DNA of 64,000 bases. Origin: Macrostomum lignano (taxonomy: Eukaryota). The notes beneath the pieces are model-generated. The model worked only from the letters and a program-made list of their open reading frames with translations, ran no database searches and was not told the DNA's origin. Position 1 is the stretch's first letter. Each line of letters opens with the position of its first letter. Location: assembly GCA_002269645.1 (NCBI GenBank), contig NIVC01000516.1, forward strand, positions 372,001 to 436,000. Reading direction: 5' to 3'. Of this stretch, positions 37,133 to 47,883 are shown one piece after another. The translations under genes and the position numbers were made by a program.

Positions 37133-37491
37133 CTGTCGTTTTGTCGGACGCCACCGTGAGGATTTTGTCCCCAACATCCGAGTCCCGCAGCTCCGCCGCC
37201 CGCCGCTGCCGCCTCCACACCTTGGCCAGTTTCGATCGCTGCCGCTGGCGCTTCGCCGGCTTCAGCGGCTGCTCTGTCAGCGGCGTCACCGGCGAGTGCA
37301 GCTGGCAGCGCAGTTGACCCGCGGCGCCGTCGGTCAAGACAAATCTGTCGCCAGTCGCCAGCCGCCGGCCGCAGACGCCGCAGGCGAAGCAGCCGGGATG
37401 GTACAGGAGGTCCCGGGCTCGCATCACGGGCTCGCCTGGCCAGAGGAAAACTCGGCAGGCGTGGCAGCTGCTGGCTGAGTTGCCGAACAGC
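37133..37491 (-). CDS. LIM-homeobox gene, LIM2 exon
   Basis: CHAC...VMRARDLLYHPGCFACGVCGRRLATGDRF...CQLH. VMRARDLxYH is Lhx2/9-like. The strong donor gtgaga at 37132 is phase 1; a weaker in-phase donor lies at 37220. The junction to the homeodomain exon is unresolved. Confidence 0.88.
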
Positions 37492-37509
37492 CTGGGGGGA
37501 TTTTTAAGA

Positions 37510-39445
37510 AAAATTTAAGAATTGTGAAATCGGGGAATTGTGAAGTCGGGGGAATTGTGAAGTCGGGGGAATTGTGAAGTCGGGGGAATTGTGAAGTCTG
37601 GTGAATTGTGAAGTTTGGGGGGAATCGGGAAGTTTGGGGGAATTGGGAAGTTTGGGGGAATTGTGAAGTTTGGGGGAATTGTGAAGTTTGGGGGGAATTG
37701 TGAAGTCGGGGAATTGTGAAGTCGGGGAATTGTGAAGTCGGGGAATTGTGAAGTCTGATGAATTGTGAAGTCTGGTGAATTGTGAAGTTTGGGGGGAATC
37801 GGGAAGTTTGGGGGAATTGGGAAGTTTGGGGGAATTGTGAAGTTTGGGGGGAATTGTGAAGTCGGGGAATTGTGAAGTCGGGGAATTGTGAAGTCGGGGA
37901 ATTGTGAAGTCGGGGAATTGTGAAGTCTGGGGAATTGTGAAGTCTGGGGAATTGTGAAGTCGGGGAATTGTGAAGTCGGGGGAATTGTGAAGTCTGGTGA
38001 ATTGTGAAGTTTGGGGGGAATCGGGAAGTTTGGGGGAATTGGGAAGTTTGGGGGAATTGTGAAGTTTGGGGGAATTGTGAAGTTTGGGGGAAATTGTGAA
38101 GTTTGGGGGGAATTGTGAAGTCGGGGAATTGTGAAGTCGGGGAATTGTGAAGTCGGGGAATTGTGAAGTCTGGGGAATTGTGAAGTCTGGGGAATTGTGA
38201 AGTCGGGGAATTGTGAAGTCGGGGGAATTGTGAAGTCTGGTGAATTGTGAAGTTTGGGGGGAATCGGGAAGTTTGGGGGAATTGGGAAGTTTGGGGGAAT
38301 AGGGAGGTTTGGGGGAATCGGGAAGTTTGGGGGAATTGTGAAGTTTGGGGGAATTGTGAAGTTTGGGGGAATCGGGAAGTTTGGGGGAATTGTGAAGTTT
38401 GGGGGAATTGTGAAGTTTGGGGGAATTGTGAAGTTTGGGGGAAATTGTGAAGTTTGGGGGGAATTGTGAAGTCGGGGAATTGTGAAGTCGGGGAATTGTG
38501 AAGTCGGGGAATTGTGAAGTCTGGGGAATTGTGAAGTCTGGGGAATTGTGAAGTCGGGGAATTGTGAAGTCGGGGGAATTGTGAAGTCTGGTGAATTGTG
38601 AAGTTTGGGGGGAATCGGGAAGTTTGGGGGAATTGGGAAGTTTGGGGGAATAGGGAGGTTTGGGGGAATCGGGAAGTTTGGGGGAATTGTGAAGTTTGGG
38701 GGAATTGTGAAGTTTGGGGGAATCGGGAAGTTTGGGGGAATTGTGAAGTTTGGGGGAATTGTGAAGTCGGGGAATTGTGAAGTCTGGTGAATTGTGAAGT
38801 TTGGGGGGAATCGGGAAGTTTGGGGGAATTGGGAAGTTTGGGGGAATTGTGAAGTTTGGGGGAATCGGGAAGTTTGGGGGAATTGTGAAGTTTGGGGGAA
38901 TTGTGAAGTTTGGGGGGAATTGTGAAGTCGGGGAATTGTGAAGTCGGGGAATTGTGAAGTCGGGGAATTGTGAAGTCTGGGGAATTGTGAAGTCTGGGGA
39001 ATTGTGAAGTCGGGGAATTGTGAAGTCGGGGGAATTGTGAAGTCGGGGGAATTGTGAAGTCGGGGGAATTGTGAAGTCGGGGAATTGTGAAGTCGGGGGA
39101 ATTGTGAAGTCAGGGGAATTGTGAAGTCGGGAGAATTGTGAAGTCTGGGGAATTGTGAAGTCGGGAGAATTGTGAAGTCTGGGGAATTGTGAAGTCGGGG
39201 GAATTGTGAAGTCGGGAGAATTGTGAAGTCTGGGGAATTGTGAAGTCGGGGGAATTGTGAAGTCGGGGAACTGTGAAGTTTGGGGAAATGGTGAAGTTTG
39301 GGGGGAATCGGGAAGCTTGGGGGGAATCGGGAAGCTTGGAGGGAATCGGGAAGCTTGGAGGGAATCGGGAAGCTTGGGGGGAATCGGGAAGCTTGGGGGG
39401 AATCGGGAAGCTTGGGGGGAATCGGGAAGCTTGGAGGGAATCGGG
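37510..39445. repeat. G-rich 16-18-bp minisatellite with ~351-bp internal duplications
   Basis: Units ggggaattgtgaagtc and gggggaattgtgaagttt. Matching blocks start at 38247 and 38598. Confidence 0.97.
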
Positions 39446-39473
39446 AAGCTTAGGGATTGCACAGACAGCTCAC

Positions 39474-39730
39474 AGCCAGTAGTCCCGGCGGCAGAAGATC
39501 CTGCCCTGCCGACAGAAGCAGCTGGTGCACCATTCCAGCGAAGCCGAGCAGCGGCAGCAGCGCAGACAGTTTGAATGAAACTGCCTGCCATCCACCTGGA
39601 GCAGATAGCGCTGGACTATGGGCTCTGAGCAGGCGAAACACCTCAGCAGCGGTTCGGAGGCTGGCTGGCCGGAACGATGAAGTTTCTGCTTGGCAACGGC
39701 GAGTGAAGAGGAGCAATTGGGGCTGTACTG
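39474..39730 (-). CDS. LIM-homeobox gene, LIM1 exon (not a named ORF in the supplied track)
   Basis: cctgcag|QYSPN...CFACSEPIVQRYLLQVDGRQFHSNCLRCCRCSASLEWCTSCFCRQGRIFCRRDYW-CT|gtgagc. Full LIM Cys/His/Asp pattern; phase 2 joins the LIM2 exon. Confidence 0.92.
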
Positions 39731-39739
39731 CTGCAGGAT

Positions 39740-40170
39740 AGTGTCTGCGTCTAGAGGGCTAAGTGTCTGTGTCTAGAGGGCTAAGTGTCTGTGTCTAGAG
39801 GGCTAAGTGTCTGTGTCTAGAGGGCTAAGTGTCTGCGTCTAGAGGGCTAAGTGTCTGTGTCTAGAGGGCTAAGTGTCTATATCTAGAACTCTAAGTGTCT
39901 ATATCTAGAACTCTAAGTGTCTATATCTAGAACTCTAAGTGTCTATATCTATAACTCTAAGTGTCTATATCTATAACTCTAAGTGTCTATATCTAGAACT
40001 CTAAGTGTCTATATCTATAACTCTAAGTGTCTATATCTATAACTCTAAGTGTCTATATCTAGAACTCTAAGTGTCTATATCTATAACTCTAAGTGTCTAT
40101 ATCTAGAACTCTAAGTGTCTATATCTAGAACTCTAAGTGTCTATATCTATAACTCTAAGTGTCTATATCC
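39740..40170. repeat. 22-bp minisatellite in two variant blocks
   Basis: ctagagggctaagtgtctgtgt, then ctagaactctaagtgtctatat. Confidence 0.95.
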
Positions 40171-40599
40171 AGAAAGCCAAGTGTCCAAATATCTAGAAGA
40201 CTCATCTTTATCTGAAGTTGTCTAAGAATTTAGACCAACATCTACATCAATTTTTTCGGATCGGAGTCTCAGAAACTTGAGGTTCCTTTAAAGTCCCATA
40301 ATTAAATAGTTAGGCGCAAGTTGTAAAAACTTTATATCAAATGAGATCTCTAATTATTGCAAAAAACACAAGTCTTCAATAAGTAAAAAAATCCTGAAGC
40401 GTGGCGGGCATGCCTTCTGCTATCTTAGTCGTTACATTCGTATCCGCACGTCTTGCTATTAAAAACTTAAAAAGTTTGAAAATCTTTTTAGATTTTTATG
40501 ATCCAGTTTACAACTCAATTAGGATAAACTGGATATCTCGTCTGCTTTCGATTAGATACGCAGCGCCCGTGCAACAAATGATCTCTTTCTCATCCCGCT

Positions 40600-41700
40600 C
40601 TGTCTTCACCTCTCCTCCCTTTCATTACCCTCTACCTGTCTCCCACTTTTCTCTACCTGTCTCCCACTGCCCTCTACCTGTCTTCCACTACCCTCTACCT
40701 GTCTCCCACTTTTCTCGACCTGTCTTCCACTCCCCTCTACCTGTCTCCCACTGCCCTCTACCTGTCTCCCACTGCCCTCTACCTGTCTCCCACTGCCCTC
40801 TACCTGTCTCCCACTGCCCTCTACCTGTCTCCCACTCCCCTCTACCTGTCTCCCACTTTTCTCTACCTGTCTCCCACTGCCCTCTACCTGTCTCCCACTG
40901 CCCTCTACCTGTCTCCCACTGCCCTCTACCTGTCTCCCACTCCCCTCTACCTGTCCCCCAATGTCCTCTAACTGTCTCCCACTGCCCTCTACCTGTCTCC
41001 CACTGCCCTCTACCTGTCTCCCACTGCCCTCTACCTGTCTCCCACTCCCCTCTACCTGTCTCCCACTGCCCTCTACCTGTCTCCCACTGCCCTCTACCTG
41101 TCTCCCACTGCCCTCTACCTGTCTCCCACTCCCCTCTACCTGTCTCCCAATGTCCTCTAACTGTCTCCCACTGCCCTCTACCTGTCTCCCACTGCCCTCT
41201 ACCTGTCTCCCACTGCCCTCTACCTGTCTCCCACTCCCCTCTACCTGTCTCCCACTCCCCTCTACCTGTCCCCCACTGCCCTCTACCTGTCTCCCACTCC
41301 CCTCTACCTGTCTCCCACTGCCCTCTACCTGTCTCCCACTCCCCTCTACCTGTCCCCCACTGCCCTCTACCTGTCTCCCACTGCCCTCTACCTGTCTCCC
41401 ACTGCCCTCTACCTGTCTCCCACTCCCCTCTACCTGTCTCCCACTCCCCTCTACCTGTCTCCCACTCCCCTCTACCTGTCTCCCACTCCCCTCTACCTGT
41501 CTCCCACTTCCCTCTACCTGTCTCCCACTGCCCTCTACCTGTCTCCCACTCCCCTCTACCTGTCTCCCACTGCCCTCTACCTGTCTCCCACTCCCCTCTA
41601 CCTGTCCCCCACTGCCCTCTACCTGTCTCCCACTGCCCTCTACCTGTCTCCCACTGCCCTCTACCTGTCTCCCACTGCCCTCTACCCGTCTCCCACTCCC
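40600..41700. repeat. 21-bp minisatellite
   Basis: Unit cctctacctgtctcccactgc. Confidence 0.97.
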
Positions 41701-41915
41701 TCTTCTTTCAAGCGCAGAAAAAAATAATAAATTCAATAATTACCTCTTCGTGGTATTCATAAAGACTGGCATAAACAACGGTGCCAACGCAAGGCTCCAA
41801 CGGACTGCAATTCAGTGTTAGAGCCAGACTGACCTGTTTGTTTCAAATTTAGCCCCAAGAATAGCGGAGAAGTTAATATGGCATTTGTGTAAGCTGCTGA
41901 GTAGCAAGCAATTAC

Positions 41916-41972
41916 TCTCGGTAAAATAGGTGCTAATTGTATGCTTGAAGCTGTAAGCTGGTTGGCTGTCAT
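41916..41972 (-). CDS. Candidate first coding exon of the LIM-homeobox gene
   Basis: ATG...MTANQLTASSIQLAPILPR|gtaatt, phase 0, compatible with the LIM1 exon. No homology support. Confidence 0.3.
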
Positions 41973-42109
41973 TATGAGTCCATCATCTTTATGAGTCCAT
42001 TGGCTGCTGGCGATGATGGTGGAGCTTCCAGACTCTCGGCTAATGACAGCTAACCGTCTGAGCAGATTGTTGCGGAATTCCGAGAAAAATCGTAACTTAG
42101 AGACATACG

Positions 42110-42905
42110 GAGAGTCATGAGATACCCGAGTAAGTCATGAGATACCCGAGTAAGTCATGAGATACCCGAGTAAGTCATGAGATACCCGAGTAAGTCATGA
42201 GATACCCGAGTAAGTCATGAGATAACCTAGTGTAAGTGATAAGGTACCCAAGTGTAAGTGATGAGATACCTTAGTGTAAGTGATGAGATACCCTGGTGTA
42301 AGTGATGAGATACCCAAGTGTAAGTGATGAGATACCCAAGTGTAAGTGATGAGATACCCAAGTGTAAGTGATGAGATACCCAAGTGTAAGTGATGAGATA
42401 CCCTAGTGTAAGTGATGAGATACCCTAGTGTAAGTCATGAGATACCTTAGTGTAAGTGATGAGATACCCAAGTGTAAGTGATGAGATACCCAAGTGTAAG
42501 TGATGAGATACCCAAGTGTAAGTGATGAGATACCCTAGTGTAAGTGATGAGATACCCTAGTGTAAGTGATGAGATACCGTAGTGTAAGTCATGAGATACC
42601 TTAGTGTAAGTGATGAGATACCAAGTGTAAGTGATGAGATACCCGAGCCTACCCAAGTAAGTGATGAGATACTCACTCAGATACTCCACCCTGACCGGCC
42701 CCACGCCTCTTCCACGCCTCTTCCACGTCTTCGGGCTTTAAGGGATTAGCGGAATGGGCGACCCTCGCCTCCCCGCTGTCTACGGACCAACCTGCAGCTA
42801 AGTCAAGTAAGCCAAGATGGGATACTCTAGTGTAAGTGATAAGATACCCTAGTGTAAGTCATGAGATACTCGAGTAAGTCATGAGATACCCCAGTAAGTC
42901 ATACC
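42110..42905. repeat. 20/22-bp minisatellite interrupted by a unique insert (~42670-42815)
   Basis: Units gagatacccgagtaagtcat and gagatacccaagtgtaagtgat. Confidence 0.93.
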
Positions 42906-44499
42906 CCAATTGAACTAGAACATTTGATAGAAATGTTCATTTTTAAAGTTAAATCTTAAAAAATGGAGCACGCATCGTGTCCCCTACTCAAAGTAGTCGA
43001 ATAAGAAATAAACTGCAATCAAAATTCAATATTAGCACTCGCTCAGACAGAGAAGCGCTCTGATATGGGTCAAATAAATTCTAATCACAGTAAAATGAAC
43101 AGCGAATATATTTCTGTATACTAAAAAAATATAATTGGGCTTAATTTTCCAGTGCATAGAAAAACCAGAGAACCTAGGAAAAAAAATAATAACTTTCCTT
43201 AATAATGATTATGAACTTAATAATAACAGTAATAATAAAGGATTAATATTATGTAATACGCTGTACAATGTCCTATATAATAATGTGCAAGATTAGCAAC
43301 CTTTGCGAATAAGTCTGCAGGGTGTGAGTTGGGATGTACACATAGTGACACGAAGAAATGACACAATGTCCTGTGTTACCTGCTTCCTCAAAATATTAAT
43401 CTTGATGTATAAGCCCTTGAAGGGCGAGAGTCTATGTGAATCATATAGTTAACGCAGAGTATAGTTCACAGATTACTAGAGAATAACTAGATGGCTTAGG
43501 TGGGCCACTCAGCACATTTGCATGTAAGCTACTTTCAGTTCAGTAGCAAGTTAAACAGAAGCATTTTAATCTATTTTTAAAGACAAGGCTCATTTATTGG
43601 CTCTTACCCACCCCCCCCCCCACTCAAACCTCCAACTGCGCCTTTCCACACTACCCCCCCCCGCCCGCCCTGCCCCAATTTTTATTGCCTTTCTCGGAAT
43701 TCCAGCCTAAAGCTGCCATGTACATTTCAGTGGACTGGCCAATGTACATTACTGCTGAACCAATTAGCAAGCTGTTTACGCCTGCAAGCTTGGGCTTCTA
43801 TTCTAAATTTATTGAAGTCGTTTCAGCTGGCACTATTTTTATAAAAAGCTTATGTATTATTCTTTGCTACTGAACTGAAAGTAGAAAGCTGTTTTATTAA
43901 GTATATGCGTCTGAGTGGCCCATCTAGTTATTTTAGTATCTGCGGTATAGTTATAGCAATAATGCAGATCAGAGTTTGGAAGTTACTGCAGCAGCAGCAG
44001 CAGCAGCGTGGAAGCGTGGCAGTCCATAGGGTGGAAATAAATCGATTGATATATCAGGAGGAAATAATTTTTGTATATTAAAAATACATATAATGCACAT
44101 TCTCCAACTGAACTACTTCTCTTACAGCAGGATTATATACATATAAGTAGAAAGGCGGGAATTTCTGTATTAAAAAGTTAACAGAAAATGATAACAAAAC
44201 ATAGAAAAGTAATCCACATGTACTTGAAGACAGCCTCTGTTTGATCAGAGGTGATTATGAAAGCAAAATTAAAAAGCTAAAGGTTGAGACACCTATTGTT
44301 TGTTATATTAGAAATAGCCTCATGAAATCTCTTTAATTTGTAAAGGAATAGAGAGTAATTAGCGATAGTAAAGAAGATGAAAAGAAAATTATAAACTGTC
44401 TTAAAAAATGGGACAGCGAAAGGACCAGGAGAACTGCGGGGTGGAAGAAGGCGGGAAGTACATGTAGGCCCGAGAGACGCGGAACAACGGGAGCGGAGA

Positions 44500-45145
44500 G
44501 GGGATCGGAAAGAAAGTGGAAGGCGGAGAAAGGGCGGAAGAGAGGGCGAAAGAGAGAGGCTGAAGAGAGGGTGGAAAACAAGAAGTCCCAGGTAGGGCAG
44601 AAGAAGGGGCGGAAGAGGGGGACGGAAGGGGGCGGAAGAGGGGGACAGAAGGGGGCGGAAGAGGGGGCAGAAGAGGATGCAGAAGAGGGGCGAAAGGGGA
44701 GCGGAAGAGGGGGCGGAAGAGGGGACGGAAGGGGGGCGGAAGAGGGGGCAGAAGAGGGGGCGGAAGAGGGGCAAAAAAGAGGGCACAAAACAAGGAGGAG
44801 GAAGGGCGAAAGAGAGGGCTGAAAACAAGAAGGCGCAGGTAGGGCGGAAGAGGATGCGGAAGAGGGGGCGAAAGGGGAGTGGAAGAGGGAGGCGGAAGAG
44901 GGAGGCGGAAGAGGGGAAGGAAGGGGGCGGAAGAGGGGGTGGAAGGGGGCGGAAGAGGGGACGGAAGGGGTGGAAGAGGGGGCGGAAGAGGGGCGGAAGA
45001 GAGGGCGGAAAACAAGAAGGCGGAGGAAGGGCGGAAGAGGATGCGGAAGAGGGGGCGGAAGAGAGGGCGGAAAACATGAAGGCGGAGGAAGGGCGGAAGA
45101 GGATGCGGAAGAGAAGGGGTGGAAGAGGGGGCGGAAGAGGATGAA
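44500..45145. repeat. GA-rich ~12-bp array downstream of the OXR1-like stop codon
   Basis: Recurring ggcggaagaggg. Confidence 0.9.
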
Positions 45146-45291
45146 ATGAAGACAGGAAAATCCAGACACAACGGACGGGACAGGCGGAGAAGAAAGGTGG
45201 CCAGTGAAGGCGGACAGGACTAGATCTGAGCTACGAGAAGGCAAATCAGCGGGAAAAGCCGGAGTCTCAGTCTGGCAATCAATAATGCTGA

Positions 45292-46392
45292 TCACTCGCA
45301 GGTGAACAACCACAGCTCCAATTCTTGCACAACAAAGTCCTCGGCAGCGCCAGTCAGTACAGGGCTAGCAAAGGTGTCGCAGGCCTGAGTTCGGCCCCTA
45401 TAGAGTCCGGAGTCCAGCCACAGTGCGCGAGAGCCAACATTAAAGGAATCAGTGGCGCCGCGCTCAAAAAAGGAGTTCTCCCCAGTCCAGGCGTAGTGAT
45501 AGAAGTCGTTAGTCAGCGGGTTGTGGACGTCGTCCTCTTCGTCTTCGTCTAAATCTGAATCCTCGGATGTCGCCGTCTTTGAGGCGGAGTCGGCAGCGGC
45601 GGCGGTGACCATATCAACTCCGGGATCATTTTTAACATCCTTAGCAGCTGTGGCGGCCTTCAACTGGCCAATGGGATGCGACCAGCGGAACACGAAAGTC
45701 TCGCCAGTGCCGTAGTAGTGCTCGGACATGCGCGGCGGCGCCGACAGGCAGGCGCCGAACAGATGATTGCGAGTGTCGGCCACCAGCAGCAGGCAGTAGG
45801 CGTCGGGATCGGCGCCCGAGTGGCAGGCCCGGTAGGCCGACTGTAGCGAGAATCCGTGCCGGCTGGCCCTGTACAGCAGGCGCAGGTCGGCGCCCTCGGC
45901 CCGCGGCGGCAGACGGCGCACCAGATGCCGCAGGCGGCGACTGTTCAACAGTCGGGACTCGCCGCCTAACAGGCGGGGCAGCGGCAGGCGATCGGCGGGC
46001 ACGCCGGAGGGATCGGCGCTAACAAGGCGCCAACCGGCCGCGCCGTCCGAAGCGGAATCGGCGCCTGGCGTTGTTGTCAGGAAGGACGATTCAATAAACG
46101 CCGGCGCTCGATTGTCGCCCGGCGCTGATTGGTCGGCGGCGCCGGAGGAGAAATCGGCGCCGAAGCTGGTGTCGTTGTTGCCGCAGGCTGGCGGCGCCGG
46201 GGCCGGCAGGGAGCGCAGGAAGTCGCGCAGCAGTTCGGCAACGCTGGACTCGACGCGGAAGCGCAGCGACGTCTGACGGCTGGCTGACGTTAGGCGCCGT
46301 CGGCGACGCTTGGAGCCCGACTGCTGCTGCGCCTGATTTTGCTGCTGCCTGGGCGACGGCGGCGGCGTGGAGCGGGCGGCGTCCGATGCTAC
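45292..46392 (-). CDS. OXR1: OXR1/NCOA7-like gene, terminal exon with TLDc domain
   Basis: ctcttcag|VASD... in frame to SRLL...LPPR...LLY...HGFSL..AYR...LFGA...YYGTGETFVF...WTGENSFF...ALWLDSGLYRGRTQACDTF...EDF.VQELELWLF. Canonical TLDc motifs. Confidence 0.93.
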   Translation of the reverse strand, partial: VASDAARSTPPPSPRQQQNQAQQQSGSKRRRRRLTSASRQTSLRFRVESSVAELLRDFLRSLPAPAPPACGNNDTSFGADFSSGAADQSAPGDNRAPAFIESSFLTTTPGADSASDGAAGWRLVSADPSGVPADRLPLPRLLGGESRLLNSRRLRHLVRRLPPRAEGADLRLLYRASRHGFSLQSAYRACHSGADPDAYCLLLVADTRNHLFGACLSAPPRMSEHYYGTGETFVFRWSHPIGQLKAATAAKDVKNDPGVDMVTAAAADSASKTATSEDSDLDEDEEDDVHNPLTNDFYHYAWTGENSFFERGATDSFNVGSRALWLDSGLYRGRTQACDTFASPVLTGAAEDFVVQELELWLFTCE

Positions 46393-46544
46393 CTGAAGAG
46401 GTGAAATTATTAGAGAAGAAAATAAAAAGAATTTTGAAATTATTATTGGGATTTGCTTATGCTCCGGTGAGATCAGAATTACTCATAGGATTTAGGCTTA
46501 CAAAAAATGCCCGGATTTGTGACCACAGAATTCAGGATCATGGG

Positions 46545-46905
46545 AAAACGGGATTCAGGATCGGGATCAGAGGATTCAGGATCGGGATCAGAGGATTCAA
46601 GATCGGGATCAGAGGATTCAGGATGGGGATCAGAGGATTCAGGATGAGGATCAGAGGATTCAGGATGAGGATCAGAGGATTCAGGATGGGGATCAGAGGA
46701 TGCGATCGGGATCCGAGGATTCAGGATGGGGATCAGAGGATTTAGGATCGGGATCAGAGGATTCAGGATGGGGATCAGAGGATTGAGGATGGGGATCAGA
46801 GGATGCGATTGGGATCAGAGGATTCAGGGTGGGGATCAGAGGATTCAGGATGGGGATCAGAGGATTCAGGGTGGGGATCAGAGGATTCAGGATGGGGATC
46901 AGGTT
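46545..46905. repeat. 21-bp intronic minisatellite
   Basis: Unit gggatcagaggattcaggatg. Confidence 0.95.
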
Positions 46906-46927
46906 AACATTACGCTCGCACAGAAAC

Positions 46928-47455
46928 CTTTAGCGCCACCTCCAGCCACACGGGCCCGGGTCCCTGAGGCCACACAGCGCCGATAGACTGCACATCGGCC
47001 AGCTCGTGGGTCAGACAGAACGGCTCGGCACCTGAGGCGATCACAAGCGGATCGTGCGCGTCCGGATCGAACAGCAGAGTTTCCGGCGTCACCAGCAGGG
47101 TGCCGGATACAACGGCCGATTCCTGGGGACCCAAATCCTCAGACTGTTGGCTAGATTCGCTAGCTTCCTTAGCAACTAGCGTAGCCAGGCCGGCGCGAGT
47201 TTTAACAAACTGCCGCTCGCTTGGATCTTCAACGCGCTCAATGTGGCCAGGTGGCGCCGGCGCCGACGGACAGTCCAAGTCGCCGTCCACCACAGAGGCC
47301 TGAGTGGCGGCCACAGCGACAGCATCCGGATCTGGCAGTAACAGCCGCGTGCCAGGGAACAGGTCGCGGGTTGGGAGGCGATTCAAACGGCGCAACTCCG
47401 ACGGTGTGCTGCGATAGCGGGCCGCCAGGCCTTCCAGGGTGTCGCCTGGTTGAAC
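46928..47455 (-). CDS. OXR1: OXR1/NCOA7-like gene, LysM + GRAM-like exon
   Basis: ccgcag|VQPGDTLEGLAARYRSTPSELRRLNRL..RDLFPG..LLLP (LysM), then VVSGTLLVTPETLLFDPDAHDPLV (OXR1 GRAM-like). Donor AAG|gtttct, phase 0/0. Confidence 0.92.
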
Positions 47456-47489
47456 CTGCGGTATCATTACCGAGCGAGGCGTGATGATT

Positions 47490-47700
47490 CCCTACTTCCG
47501 GTCGGTCACTGGGTGGCCAGCTTTGTCTCTACTTCTGGTTGGTCACGGTCAGAGTGGCCAGCTCTATCTCTACTTCCAGTTGGTCACTGGGTGGCTAGCT
47601 CTATCTCTACTTCCAGTTGGTCACTGGGTGGCCAGCTCTATCTCTACTTCCAGTTGGTCACTGGGTGGCCAGCTCTATCTCTACTTCCAGTTGAAAAGTC
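47490..47700. repeat. 37-bp intronic minisatellite
   Basis: Unit ccagctctatctctacttccagttggtcactgggtgg. Confidence 0.9.
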
Positions 47701-47810
47701 ATTGACTAGAAAATACTCAACACAAAAAATAAGAATAACATTTCTTTGTCATTTTTAATTGCCAAAACAACTTTAATTTTCAATTTTCAAAACAACTAAA
47801 GGGTACTTAC

Positions 47811-47883
47811 CTCATGTACAATTGTAGGTAACTTTGTTATTGATTGATTAGCATTCTTCATTGCTTTATCATTTGATTGTGAC
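47811..47883 (-). CDS. OXR1: OXR1-like upstream exon (AT-rich)
   Basis: catttag|G-SQSNDKAMKNANQSITKLPTIVHE|gtaagt. Phase 0 joins VQPGDTL and supplies the LysM first strand. The start may be the internal ATG or lie further upstream. Confidence 0.65.

Noticed and set aside
23504-44822. Long low-complexity ORFs (e.g. 25029-26099, 26494-27501, 31836-33288, 37504-39591, 40401-41821)
   Set aside because: Each coincides with a minisatellite and has parallel ORFs in several frames or strands.
45505-45683. TLDc insertion read as an unannotated intron (gt at 45682, branch-like ctgactaac)
   Set aside because: The first AG after the branch-like motif lies beyond the conserved WTG motif, so splicing there would delete core residues.
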